64,000 bases of DNA from a virus: IMG/VR virus record IMGVR_UViG_3300020583_000010, positions 32,001 to 96,000 of that record. One strand, 5' to 3'. Below, piece by piece: positions 28,320 through 38,314 of the stretch (positions within the stretch are counted from its first letter, which is position 1; every line of letters starts with the position of its first letter). A program made the translations under genes and the position numbers. Under the pieces are notes generated by a model. That model had not been told where the DNA came from and did no database searches. It was given only the letters and a program-made list of their open reading frames with translations.

Positions 28320-29376
28320 TATTCTCCTTCATAATATCCATCAGCATGACTACACCCATACTAAGGGCGGAAGTATCGTCCGCCATACGAAGTTTTATCT
28401 TAAGATCCCACATTACCCGCATTGCTGCGAATAAAACAGGAGAGGGTATGCGTGCAGCTAGTCTCTCTCTTATCTTAAGAGAGGTGGCTTTATGGGTGGT
28501 CTGTCCGCCTTCTTTAATAACCATTATGTCTCTTATAACCTGTACTAGAGAGTTTAGCACAGAAGTAGGATTACCACTAGTAGTTACTTGATTGTCTAAT
28601 AACTCAAAAGATTTTATAGTGTTTCCCTCTACTACAGCCTCTAATAGATGAGGTGCGTAGTCTGGATTTCCAAACAGCTCTTCATACTGAGCAATAGTAA
28701 CTATATTAGATCTACTTATCTGATCTAAAGTCATCAGTGCATCCCTTAGAGCCCCATCAGCCCTATCTGCTATTCTAATAATAACCTCATCTTGGATCTC
28801 TAACTTCTCTACTTGATTAATCTCATAGAGGCGTCTAGCTATAATTTCTGGGGATACCTGATGGAATTGAAAAGTCATACAACGACTTCTAATTGTCTTT
28901 ATTATCTTGTCTGATTCAGTACTGACTAGTATAAATACTACATTGTCTGGACATTCTTCCAGAGTCTTTAAAAGCGCATTAGAGGCTGCCGTAGAAAGGC
29001 CATGCGCCTCGTCCAGCACCAGTACTTGACAAGTACCTGGTACCGCGTATAGAATCTCTTCCTGGAGTCTTCTAATGTCCGCCACTAGCCCGTTAGTGGA
29101 TGCGTCTATCTCTCTATAGCTCATAGAAGAGTCTTCAAATACTGCCTGGCATGAGTCACACTTACCACACGGTAAGTCACCTTCAGCCTCGCAGTTAAGA
29201 GCAGCCCCTAATACTCTGGCAGTCGAGGTCTTTCCACACCCTCTCGGACCAGTGAGCAGCATTACGGGAGGAGTAACGCCCTTCTCCACCATCTTCTTTA
29301 ATAACTGAGCGACTGCTTTCTGACCTACTATCTCATCAAAGTTCTTGGGTCTATAAGACAAAGCTAAACTTTGCAC
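28312..29376 (-). CDS. dnaX: Clamp loader gamma/tau subunit
   Basis: YRP, GPRGCGKT, zinc Cys cluster, LDEAH, NALLKTLEE, SRC. Confidence 0.95.
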   Translation of the reverse strand: MQSLALSYRPKNFDEIVGQKAVAQLLKKMVEKGVTPPVMLLTGPRGCGKTSTARVLGAALNCEAEGDLPCGKCDSCQAVFEDSSMSYREIDASTNGLVADIRRLQEEILYAVPGTCQVLVLDEAHGLSTAASNALLKTLEECPDNVVFILVSTESDKIIKTIRSRCMTFQFHQVSPEIIARRLYEINQVEKLEIQDEVIIRIADRADGALRDALMTLDQISRSNIVTIAQYEELFGNPDYAPHLLEAVVEGNTIKSFELLDNQVTTSGNPTSVLNSLVQVIRDIMVIKEGGQTTHKATSLKIRERLAARIPSPVLFAAMRVMWDLKIKLRMADDTSALSMGVVMLMDIMKENNV

Positions 29377-29385
29377 ACTTACCTC

Positions 29386-30060
29386 CTAGAACTCCTGAGC
29401 TACTGTGTATCCATTGCTGTCTAATGAGTATCTATAAGCTTTATCTGCAACTTCTGCAAAGTCTTTTTGGTGTGTGACCATTATTATTTGAACTTTGGCT
29501 TTGTCTACTACCTCTCGTAGAAACTCTGCGAGGACAGGTAGATATGAGTCTGACACGTGTGCAAAAGTCTCATCAAGTACAATGATAGCAGATTTTCTGG
29601 ACTTGTCAAGCAGAAGTACTACTAGTCTAAGTAGAAAGCCAGCTACGGCCGCTATACCTCCGCCCATAGCACTTAGAATGTCCGCCTCTCTGACTCTTCC
29701 GTCTGGAAGAGTTGTCTGTATCAAGAACTCAACTACTGGAGTTTTTCCTTTCACTGACTGCTGTACCTTGAAGTTAAGATTACTACCGAATATCTTCTGT
29801 AGCCCCTGGCTGACTAATAATTCTATCTGTTCTTGGGCTTCTCTCTGCCTGTCCTCGCCTAACTGAGATAATATACCTGCTGCTTTCTCCATAGATTCTG
29901 AAATTCTAGTAAGTTCTTCTATTTCTGTCTTTAATCTAGTATTAGTCTCAGTTACTACTTTTGCTGCTCCAATATCCTGCATTAGCTGCTGCTTTTTATC
30001 AGAGTACAGAGATATTGCCTGCAAACTGCGGTATGACGGCATATATACGTTTCTCCTCAT
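29386..30060 (-). CDS. SbcC/Rad50-like ATPase, C-terminal half
   Basis: Coiled coil, MGGG signature, Walker B LDE, H-loop MVTH. Confidence 0.8.
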   Translation of the reverse strand: MRRNVYMPSYRSLQAISLYSDKKQQLMQDIGAAKVVTETNTRLKTEIEELTRISESMEKAAGILSQLGEDRQREAQEQIELLVSQGLQKIFGSNLNFKVQQSVKGKTPVVEFLIQTTLPDGRVREADILSAMGGGIAAVAGFLLRLVVLLLDKSRKSAIIVLDETFAHVSDSYLPVLAEFLREVVDKAKVQIIMVTHQKDFAEVADKAYRYSLDSNGYTVAQEF

Positions 30061-31105
30061 CCTTCAACAACAGAAGTGACTTTCTTGACTTGGTGTCATC
30101 TCCTAGATAGAAATGGCACTCAGTAGACTCAACTGCCCTTACTAAGGAAGTCAGATACTTGTGGTTAATTACTAGTTGTCTATCTTTTCCTGTCCATGTG
30201 GACGGAATAGTATCTGAACACGTGTTGCCGAAGTTGTCTCTAGAGGTAACAGTTACAGACTTAGAAGACAAGTATAAACCTATGGCGTCAGTCTTGGTAT
30301 CTGCATTTATACGGACTCTATCAACTGCTTTTAGTATCTCAGCATGACTAACTATAAACTCTTGCTTATTTTCAAGAGCTGGCCGTAGAAGAATCTGTTC
30401 TACATTTGGAAAACTAGATGCCAATTTCTTAGTTAGCACACAAGTGTTTCCTGCCATGTAGATACAGTGATTAGGAGAATCTGCTAATCCCACAGTAGTT
30501 ATATTGTCATCTTTAACCAATTCCCACACTAGATTTACTGACGAATGTGGGATAGAAGCACTGAAGTCTCTTGGAAATGAATCTCCGAGGGAAGCCTGCG
30601 ACAACCTCGATCCGTCACAAGCAGTCATAGACCCTTTCCGTATGCTCAGCATCCGCAGTGTAGGACGTAGAGGACTGTCAGCTATAGACTTTCGTGTTGC
30701 TCTTATAGCTGACCTGAAACTATCAGCCGACATTTCTACTTGTGGCTTTACTAGCTTTGGAATTTTCGGGAACTCTACTGTGGGTACCTTTATAGTCCAA
30801 GAAGTCATGTCGGCAACTATGGTGACAACAGTACTCTCTAGTGTAAGTTGCAGAAGTCCCTGTGGCGCTAATCTCACAATATCTCTAAGTTTTCCCGCAG
30901 GCACTAGAAAATGGAAAGCCTCCTCAAATTTACCTGGCAGACTAGTTATAACCGTATTTGCCTGGTCAGATGCTGTTACTGTTATCTTATCTTTTTGGAC
31001 TACTACTTTAAAGCACTCAAGGGCCGGGTGACCTTGAGATACAGCACCATAGGCCACATCAATAAGTTGTTTAAAATCTGTTTTAGATATATAAAGATCA
31101 GACAT
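29999..31105 (-). CDS. dnaN: DNA sliding clamp (beta)
   Basis: 368 aa; ASD, ACDGSRL, FPNVE, INHKYL motifs. Confidence 0.85.
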   Translation of the reverse strand: MSDLYISKTDFKQLIDVAYGAVSQGHPALECFKVVVQKDKITVTASDQANTVITSLPGKFEEAFHFLVPAGKLRDIVRLAPQGLLQLTLESTVVTIVADMTSWTIKVPTVEFPKIPKLVKPQVEMSADSFRSAIRATRKSIADSPLRPTLRMLSIRKGSMTACDGSRLSQASLGDSFPRDFSASIPHSSVNLVWELVKDDNITTVGLADSPNHCIYMAGNTCVLTKKLASSFPNVEQILLRPALENKQEFIVSHAEILKAVDRVRINADTKTDAIGLYLSSKSVTVTSRDNFGNTCSDTIPSTWTGKDRQLVINHKYLTSLVRAVESTECHFYLGDDTKSRKSLLLLKDEEKRIYAVIPQFAGNISVL

Positions 31106-31346
31106 CTGCTAATTTCTCTTCAGCTTCGGTCAATAGTGTCTCTACCATATTTTCTTTTTCTTTTAAAAGTTCAGTCAACTCAGTTATTGTAGATATGCCA
31201 TACTTTTCTTTAAGTTGTTTTGTTATTGAGTCTAACTGATCTGTAGCAGTATCTCTGGCTGCCTCTGCCTTCAATCTTGCCAGCTTATGCCTGTCTGCTC
31301 TCTTCTTAAGATCTTCTATACGCTTCTCAGCATCTACTATGTCCAA
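31098..31346 (-). CDS. Small coiled-coil protein
   Basis: Heptad pattern; coupled to neighbours. Confidence 0.7.
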   Translation of the reverse strand: MDIVDAEKRIEDLKKRADRHKLARLKAEAARDTATDQLDSITKQLKEKYGISTITELTELLKEKENMVETLLTEAEEKLADV

Positions 31347-32170
31347 CTTACTCTCCCGTCGCTCTGGCGCTTAAACTTCTCACACGCATGTGAGACATCA
31401 CAATAGTTTAAGCAGCCAGAGTCACTTTCTTTTGGGGAGACATCGTTTCTCCAAATACTGTGAGCATAATCTATTATCTTATGCATTAAGTTAAGCTCAT
31501 GCTGCTCAGTTATCTCTAGTGGCTTTATCTTCTCTTGGCACATTGGCTGTATTAGAGCCGTCTTACTAGGAGCTCTTCTGTACTTGCCTTTTACCATGAC
31601 ATGGTAAAATACCAGCTGAGCTATAGTTGTCTTGTAATAATTTTCATTCTCTGTCGCCTTTAAATCATAGATCGCCAGCAGTTCTGGCGCATCTATGAAT
31701 ATGTCCAGAATGCCAATCATCTGAATTTTACGCGGTGTACCGTCTAATCCTGGAATAATTATATCTGTCTTTAGATGCTTATCAGCTTCCACATCAGGCA
31801 GATACGGTACGACCAAAGAGTTTAATAAAGGAACTGAATTATCTAGAAGGGTTTTACACCACTCAATAGACTCTTGTTTGTCCGTTCCACTCTTCCATCT
31901 TACTATACCTGACCCACTTTCCAACTGTTCTTGCTGACAGAGGCTTACAAACTCCTCAACACGATCTGCCATACTCCAGGAGTCACGGTTATCATCCTGT
32001 AACCACTCACGTAATATTCTGTCAGTTACTGTGCCCCGAAAGAAGACTCTGACATCACCAGAGGGGTTTCTATGGCCAGTTGACTGAAGCCATGCTTTCT
32101 GCTTACAGTGTTCCCATGTCTTTAGTCTAGACCATGAAACTTTCAGGATATCATCAGACATTATAATCAC
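31337..32170 (-). CDS. Cas4/RecB-like PD-(D/E)XK exonuclease
   Basis: SWSRLKTWEHC, GILD, DLKA, QLVFY, C-terminal Cys cluster. Confidence 0.85.
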   Translation of the reverse strand: MIIMSDDILKVSWSRLKTWEHCKQKAWLQSTGHRNPSGDVRVFFRGTVTDRILREWLQDDNRDSWSMADRVEEFVSLCQQEQLESGSGIVRWKSGTDKQESIEWCKTLLDNSVPLLNSLVVPYLPDVEADKHLKTDIIIPGLDGTPRKIQMIGILDIFIDAPELLAIYDLKATENENYYKTTIAQLVFYHVMVKGKYRRAPSKTALIQPMCQEKIKPLEITEQHELNLMHKIIDYAHSIWRNDVSPKESDSGCLNYCDVSHACEKFKRQSDGRVSWT

Positions 32171-32669
32171 TCAAATCCAGGACTACTACACCAGAAAAAG
32201 TATTTCCGCCGTCAGGTTCTAGTCTTCCCATGTTTCCCACCCTGAGTGCTGGAACTCCTACAGACTCTGCAGCTCTACATGTGTCTGGCCAGTCGTCTAA
32301 GAGCAGTATTGGTTCTTTTCCCTCTGCTCTTAGTTTTAATATATAATTAACCTTTATATCTGCATTTGAATCTTCATTTCCCGCTGGACGCAGTGTAAGA
32401 AAGTGGTATGGAAGATTATTTTTACGCAGCCACATTTCGGTCTCTAGAAGAGCCGAACCATCACGACCAGATATATAATGAATCTCGCATTTTGATATTA
32501 AAATTCTTGTTAGAACAGCAACAGACTCTATCACAGTGTCTCTAATGCATGCCTTAGCATAAACACTCCAAGTACTGAATTGATCTACTGTAGGTGCAAG
32601 ATTATAACGATGACTAGTATCAGCTATAGTTCCATCAAGATCAACTAGAACTACCTTTTTCATATTCAC
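32154..32669 (-). CDS. HAD-family phosphatase (PNKP 3'-phosphatase-like)
   Basis: DLDGT, SGR, LLDD. Confidence 0.85.
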   Translation of the reverse strand: MNMKKVVLVDLDGTIADTSHRYNLAPTVDQFSTWSVYAKACIRDTVIESVAVLTRILISKCEIHYISGRDGSALLETEMWLRKNNLPYHFLTLRPAGNEDSNADIKVNYILKLRAEGKEPILLLDDWPDTCRAAESVGVPALRVGNMGRLEPDGGNTFSGVVVLDLSDYNV

Positions 32670-32685
32670 TCCTTAGTTGGAGCTA

Positions 32686-32714
32686 ATTATAGCACACTAC
32701 GCTTCATCAATCAA
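32686..32714 (-). promoter_or_regulatory. Sigma70-type promoter
   Basis: TTGATT-17-TATAAT with TG extended -10. Confidence 0.65.
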
Positions 32715-33632
32715 GTCCTGAATTACTGTTTCCAACTCTGTCCCTAGTTCTAAGGATCTTATATACTCCATTACTGAAGAAATCGTAGTGATGTCTATAG
32801 AGACCTGACCTATCGAGGCTAGGAAGTCATCTAGTTTCACTTGAGCCTCTCGTTTAGTCTTTTCTTCCATACGAAATATGTCTTCGGCCTTCTGAGTCTT
32901 AAGCGGAATTTTTCTAAACTCCCCATTTAAACTATTCCACAAAGTCACAGCAACTGACCTCTTGAGATTTGACTCGTCGAGACTGCCCCGGCTGAGAGCT
33001 CCATTATTGCAGAACTGAACTCCATCCACCTTATACATTCCGTGAGGATTGTGGACGTGACCGTAAAAAACCGATCCCCTGTTACCCATGGCGGAAGCCC
33101 ACTTGCCTGTATCATAGTATTCATAAGGTAATTCTTTTCCTGGAGGATACAGAGGAGCATGAGTTACTACTAATGTTTCATATTCTCCAAATGAGTCCGA
33201 TGCTCTGTAATCACTAAGAGAACTAGAAACAGTATCATCATTAAAACGTTGTAACCAGGGAACTCCATATACATTATTATCGAGCCATCCCTGAAGTCTC
33301 TCTGCTCCGGCCTTAAACAACGTGCCTAATGGTTGCGAAGATATAGAATCCAAGCGATCATGTGAAAGGTCATGATTACCGGGTACTATACTCAATCCAT
33401 CAGGATAGGCCTGAACTACCTCTATAGCACTCTGTACCAGAGCATGGCTATTGCGACCTGGTGTCTTGAGATGAAATATATCTCCGGCCCATATCATATG
33501 AGCTTCATACTCTTTAGCTAACTCTACAGTTTGCCAAAGTAACTCTAGAACCTCATCAAGATAACCTTCTTTTCTTGATGCCGGACTATTATCTGCCAGA
33601 TGAAGGTCTGCGCAGAGTAAGATGTTGCTCAA
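32697..33632 (-). CDS. sbcD: SbcD/Mre11-like metallophosphoesterase nuclease
   Basis: DLH, GDIF, GNHD, GHVH. Confidence 0.85.
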   Translation of the reverse strand: MSNILLCADLHLADNSPASRKEGYLDEVLELLWQTVELAKEYEAHMIWAGDIFHLKTPGRNSHALVQSAIEVVQAYPDGLSIVPGNHDLSHDRLDSISSQPLGTLFKAGAERLQGWLDNNVYGVPWLQRFNDDTVSSSLSDYRASDSFGEYETLVVTHAPLYPPGKELPYEYYDTGKWASAMGNRGSVFYGHVHNPHGMYKVDGVQFCNNGALSRGSLDESNLKRSVAVTLWNSLNGEFRKIPLKTQKAEDIFRMEEKTKREAQVKLDDFLASIGQVSIDITTISSVMEYIRSLELGTELETVIQDLIDEA

Positions 33633-33868
33633 TCGTCTGTATTTCCGGTTACTAGGTTCAACGCTAACTCAGTAAATGCCCTACTAAGAGCCAGATTATG
33701 AGCATATTCAGGATCATGTGCATCAGTAGGATGCCTCTTAGCATCGCCTACACCCTTGTAATCTTTACCGTCATAGTCCAGGCTTACCACAGCTATTGTA
33801 GCTTCCTCTGTTTGAACTACTAGGTGAGCTAGGTCGCTGTACTGAATGCCATTAAGATTATATGTCAT
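33629..33868 (-). CDS. DUF1876-like (dsRBD fold) protein
   Basis: GVGDAKRHPTD...LALSRA. Confidence 0.7.
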   Translation of the reverse strand: MTYNLNGIQYSDLAHLVVQTEEATIAVVSLDYDGKDYKGVGDAKRHPTDAHDPEYAHNLALSRAFTELALNLVTGNTDD

Positions 33869-34338
33869 TTGTTTTCCTTCTCTTGTCTAACTACGTCTCC
33901 TCGGTCATCTGTTCCTAGGCCGAGTCTTTCAAACTCCATCAGAGTATTAAGATGAAAAGCTGCATGCGCTAAGTGGTGCAGGCCTGACTCTTTATCCCAC
34001 GTTTCTCCTGAGCGCCATAGATTTATATGCCCCAATAAGGAACTAATACTGTATGACCAAGCATATCCTTTACGCCAGTTTTCAGCATCGTATTTTGCCG
34101 CTCCCTGGCCATAAGTTCTAGCAATTTCTGACTGTGGCCACACAGGCACCAATGAGTAGTGTTCAGGCTTAGTGCCCTTCTGACCTCCAGTAGACGGATC
34201 AGTGACTCTTACTTCAGCAGCTGCCCCAGATCGTGCTTCTCTGTTAAAGCCATCTTTCTTCTTTATTTGCTCTATACCATCTATCTTAAGAGAACTCAGT
34301 TGAGCTAGTACTCTATCTGACTCCCGCATGTCGGGCAC
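33865..34338 (-). CDS. dATP/dGTP diphosphohydrolase-family (DUF5664) protein
   Basis: GAAKYDAENWRKG...DKESGLHHLAHA. Confidence 0.85.
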   Translation of the reverse strand: MPDMRESDRVLAQLSSLKIDGIEQIKKKDGFNREARSGAAAEVRVTDPSTGGQKGTKPEHYSLVPVWPQSEIARTYGQGAAKYDAENWRKGYAWSYSISSLLGHINLWRSGETWDKESGLHHLAHAAFHLNTLMEFERLGLGTDDRGDVVRQEKENK

Positions 34339-35243
34339 TCACCTAACTCTTCTAAAACCTGCTGTAAGTCTATTCCGGCTGAAGTTTCTGCACTTAAATA
34401 CTCATTGCACTCATTGCTATACTTATGACGTCTAGCGTATGCTGATTTTATACTAAGTGCTATAGCTTTAAAAGTCTTTAAATCATCATATGCGATAAGT
34501 AGACTATCAATTGAAACTTCTGGTAATATACCTTTAATATTACCTAATTCTTCTAGTCTATCTTTAAGTACTTTAAGATCTTCTACCTCTGTTTCTAGCA
34601 ACTGTACTTTCTTTAAGAGAGCATTTGCTTCCTTTAATGCTGCTGTTCTTATTTTTAAAGTTTCAATGCTAGTTAACTTGTCTGAAATCTCATCTAAGTC
34701 CTTATTTCTAAGCCTTAAGTCACTATTAGCCACTGTTCTACGTCTATTTGCTTTACGCACAGCCTCAAATATAGTTATTACACTAGTCAGTTCACCTAAT
34801 GTACGGGCTACTTGGGCTCCAGGTGTAGTCAGTAAGAAAGGAGAGTCATGTTGACCTGCAAAGTTTATTGAACTTCCATCCCTGACTGGTGATATTCCTA
34901 TTATAGATGTTACTTCTTCAGGAACATCACCAGCTAATTTAGTGAACTCTCTATCTGTCTGGCCTGATTGAGTTATTCTATAACTAGATGAAGTGTCTGA
35001 TTTCTCTAGGGTCACCTTATAAGTATCAGCTACAGCTGATACTGAAGCAGTCTTAAATCCCATAGTAATACAGGAAGAACCTCGTATGTTACTAGCCAGA
35101 GCCTGTATAGCTCTGACAGTCGCCGATTTTCCACAATTAGAATTTCCTACTATTACTGTTAAAAGTCCTAAGTCTAGATGCACATCTTTTAAAGACTGAA
35201 AGTTATGAATATCTATACTAGATAGCATCTGTCTCACGATCAC
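34305..35243 (-). CDS. SbcC/Rad50-like ATPase, N-terminal half ending in zinc hook
   Basis: NFQS, Walker A GNSNCGKS, Q-loop, terminal CPTCG. Confidence 0.85.
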   Translation of the reverse strand: MIVRQMLSSIDIHNFQSLKDVHLDLGLLTVIVGNSNCGKSATVRAIQALASNIRGSSCITMGFKTASVSAVADTYKVTLEKSDTSSSYRITQSGQTDREFTKLAGDVPEEVTSIIGISPVRDGSSINFAGQHDSPFLLTTPGAQVARTLGELTSVITIFEAVRKANRRRTVANSDLRLRNKDLDEISDKLTSIETLKIRTAALKEANALLKKVQLLETEVEDLKVLKDRLEELGNIKGILPEVSIDSLLIAYDDLKTFKAIALSIKSAYARRHKYSNECNEYLSAETSAGIDLQQVLEELGECPTCGSQIEY

Positions 35244-35451
35244 ACGTATAGTCTATTATCCACTCTACTATGTATCCCTCATCTAGTAATCTTTCGTAAT
35301 CTGTAGCAAGATCATTATAGTCTATGACTGGTCCGTACACCCAAAAGTCACAGTTAGGAGACTCGAATCCTGTTCCTCTGGAAAATTCTCGTGTTGGAGA
35401 ATCCTCAACTTCTTCTACCGGAAGCATCTCTGCTACAAGGTACCAGGCCAT
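35218..35451 (-). CDS. Hypothetical acidic protein
   Basis: SD GGAGG, in operon. Confidence 0.6.
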   Translation of the reverse strand: MAWYLVAEMLPVEEVEDSPTREFSRGTGFESPNCDFWVYGPVIDYNDLATDYERLLDEGYIVEWIIDYTCDRETDAI

Positions 35452-35482
35452 ACTACCCTCCTAGCTGTGACTATTGGATTGA

Positions 35483-36571
35483 TCATACCACTTTTTTAAT
35501 CCGATGGCAAGAGCCGCAGCGGGCAGAGGCCACATGGGGCAAGTCGCCGCCCACACTCATTAACTTTGCTTGTTCTAAGGGGTCCATGCTGGTATCATTA
35601 GCAACTGCTGTTATAGCCTGCATGAGAGAGTACATAGTGAGACTATCATCTTCTACCATATTCTCAATTATTCTCTTTTGGTCTCTTGCAGGAAGTGTAT
35701 AGTCCTCAAAGAGATCAGTCAATATTTGATTAATGTCTCCTTCTATAGACTGATGTGCCATGTCTTGAAGCATATGTTGAGAATTTTCTAATGGCTCAAG
35801 TATACTATTTACCGTCTCTCTAGCCCAGTCATATACATCTAGCCCATCGCCTCCAGCATTTCTAGTCCATGTTCCAGATGAGGCCTTGGTGTCTATAGCA
35901 CCGTTAGTACACCACCAGCGGAATAGATAACCATTCACACTAGTCTTACCCTTCCCTGTTAAAGAGTTGAATAAGCTGAGACCAATTAGCCACTCGTCAT
36001 CCTCAACTCCTGTATCCTCAACAGTGAATCGGCGTGAAGGAATTATCAGCCTGAGATGTGTGCCTGCTAGAGCATGGTGAAATTTCGTATCTACTAATAT
36101 CTCTTCCTCACCATAGCGGTCTTCAATTCCTTCTAAAACATTATCTAGTATTCTCAAATTGGAGAAAGGTTTAATTGACTGACGAGTCACTGCTGCTGCT
36201 TTTCCTTTTGTAACAAGTAGTTTCGCGGGACGATTGCCCAATCCCTGCTCATTGTACCAATAATTTAAGTCAGGCTCTATAAGCCTAGCAGGAGCCCGCT
36301 TCACATAGGCAGCAGGTAGCCCACATAGGGAGGTTGCTTGTAAAATGGCATCCTTTGACATAGGAAGTTCCACGCCGCCCATTGAAACTTGGACCTGTAC
36401 CTCTGCTGTTCCTTCTATAGTGTCTAATCCATGGTTCCAGCCATCCTCAAGAATAAAATGTACATTTCCTTCATCTAAATTATACTCTCTGAGAGGCTCT
36501 GATTCGGCTAATGTATCTTTTACCTGACTTAGCGGTATTAACTTATCACGCATTGTATCCAAGGTTATCAT
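35483..36571 (-). CDS. DUF932/DUF945-like protein
   Basis: NS..G...FRWWCTNG motif. Confidence 0.75.
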   Translation of the reverse strand: MITLDTMRDKLIPLSQVKDTLAESEPLREYNLDEGNVHFILEDGWNHGLDTIEGTAEVQVQVSMGGVELPMSKDAILQATSLCGLPAAYVKRAPARLIEPDLNYWYNEQGLGNRPAKLLVTKGKAAAVTRQSIKPFSNLRILDNVLEGIEDRYGEEEILVDTKFHHALAGTHLRLIIPSRRFTVEDTGVEDDEWLIGLSLFNSLTGKGKTSVNGYLFRWWCTNGAIDTKASSGTWTRNAGGDGLDVYDWARETVNSILEPLENSQHMLQDMAHQSIEGDINQILTDLFEDYTLPARDQKRIIENMVEDDSLTMYSLMQAITAVANDTSMDPLEQAKLMSVGGDLPHVASARCGSCHRIKKVV

Positions 36572-37740
36572 CTGAAGTCTACCTTTCCAAGGTTGAATGG
36601 ATCATCATCATCTTCATCAGTTTCTACTACACTTGGGGCATTCTCTGATGATATTTTTATCAAGTCTACAGCATAGTCAATTACAAGTTGGCGCCACTCA
36701 TTATGGCCATCTGCATACTGTAGCAATTTATCTTCCCCCTGAAAAGCTCCTGGCTTACCTGCCGACTCTGGCAGTCCTGGGAGAAGAAGTTCTGGAGTTT
36801 TACTGAAGTAATACCAAGCACCTGTCTTAGTTACTTTATTATGACTAAGCAGCACCTGCAATGCTGACCAAAAGTTATCAAACCCTTTGCCATATCTTAC
36901 TTTAACTACGCAACTCTTTTTAGGTGTGCCTACTTTATTCTTAACCATAGTTACTTTAGTCTCTGTAGCTACACTAACCTCTTCCATTTCATTAGTTAGA
37001 GCATTGTATCTCTTACCTTTACTAGTTGAAATGGGAGCAAACTCAATACGAACGCTAGAGTAGAACTTGGGAGCAAAGCCTCCATTAGTTGTCTTAGTAG
37101 TCACTCTCACATAACCTGTTGGTATGCTTTCCTTCATATGATTAATTAAGATTAGAGTACAGTCATTTACAAACAGGGAATCTACTATTTGGCCTAGGAA
37201 CTGTCCCATTACCCTAGCTTGGGCTGCTACTTGTACCTGGCCAGTGTCAATCTCTAGAGTAGACTCCGGCTGAGCCTCTGCGACGGAGTCCCATATTACC
37301 AGTCTAATATGCCCAGTGCCTACTAGTTCTCTGGCTAAGTTCGCGCCTTTTTCTAAACTTCTAGGCTGTGTTACTATAACACTGTCATGAAGCAGGTCTA
37401 GGCCTAAAGAAGCACAGTAGTCCACATCTAGGGTGTGCTCATAGTCTATATATAGAATTCTATCTGTTGAGTCTTCTAAAATAATTTTCTGTTGTAAGGC
37501 AGCAGCAGTCTGAAGGGCCAGTGTCGTTTTACCACTAGAGGTTGGCCCATAGGCTTCTATTATACGACCCACTGGTAGGCCATCTACACCTACACTATGG
37601 TCAATTGACATGTTGCCTGTAGTAAGACCTTTTACCTCATCTACCACGTCATCAAAGGTTCCCGCCTTTAGGCCTGCCTTTGAATACTTCTTAAGGATAT
37701 CTGATATCTCAGAACGGCCTTCATTCTTTTTAACTGCCAC
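36568..37740 (-). CDS. recA: RecA recombinase
   Basis: GLPVGRIIEAYGPTSSGKT, WDSVA, QAR, KFYSSVR, KNKV. Confidence 0.96.
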   Translation of the reverse strand: MAVKKNEGRSEISDILKKYSKAGLKAGTFDDVVDEVKGLTTGNMSIDHSVGVDGLPVGRIIEAYGPTSSGKTTLALQTAAALQQKIILEDSTDRILYIDYEHTLDVDYCASLGLDLLHDSVIVTQPRSLEKGANLARELVGTGHIRLVIWDSVAEAQPESTLEIDTGQVQVAAQARVMGQFLGQIVDSLFVNDCTLILINHMKESIPTGYVRVTTKTTNGGFAPKFYSSVRIEFAPISTSKGKRYNALTNEMEEVSVATETKVTMVKNKVGTPKKSCVVKVRYGKGFDNFWSALQVLLSHNKVTKTGAWYYFSKTPELLLPGLPESAGKPGAFQGEDKLLQYADGHNEWRQLVIDYAVDLIKISSENAPSVVETDEDDDDPFNLGKVDFR

Positions 37741-38314
37741 TAGAGTATCTTTCTAAGCGTGGAATATTTTCAATGGCCGCAGTTATAGATCCATACTCTT
37801 CTCCTACGGACAATATGTAACGACTTATCATAAAAGCATCCACGTAATCTTCCATTGTCTTTCTAGCATCTACTCTATCTTTACCGTGTAGATCTTTATG
37901 CACTAACTCTGGAGGAAGATAACTGTACTTCTGATCAGCTACTAACTTTATTGCCTTTTTATCCCCTTTTTTAACACCTTCTGGCTTAAGCCAGTGCTGC
38001 CACAGCATAGGAGGAATAAATACAATCCTATCTTCCATCCCATATTGCGTCACCAGGTATATTATAATTCCCTGAAGTCTGTAAACATCCCTTACTGTCT
38101 TAGTCTGTCCTATGGCAAAAGGAAGATCTTCTATTACAAGTAAGGAATCATCTGACTTCTTTAGTCCGCTAAACTCCAGGGCTACTTTTTCGGCAAACTT
38201 AAATGCAGAAGACTGCCAACTATGCCACTGGTTTACTACTTCTCCATCACTCCCGATCTCGCAGCCAGCACTAAACTTAGCAGCGAGATCTAGAGCAATG
38301 AATGGAGTACTCAC
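37730..38314 (-). CDS. RuvC-like Holliday junction resolvase
   Basis: IALD, VIED, PMLW, DAFMI. Confidence 0.7.
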   Translation of the reverse strand: MSTPFIALDLAAKFSAGCEIGSDGEVVNQWHSWQSSAFKFAEKVALEFSGLKKSDDSLLVIEDLPFAIGQTKTVRDVYRLQGIIIYLVTQYGMEDRIVFIPPMLWQHWLKPEGVKKGDKKAIKLVADQKYSYLPPELVHKDLHGKDRVDARKTMEDYVDAFMISRYILSVGEEYGSITAAIENIPRLERYSSGS

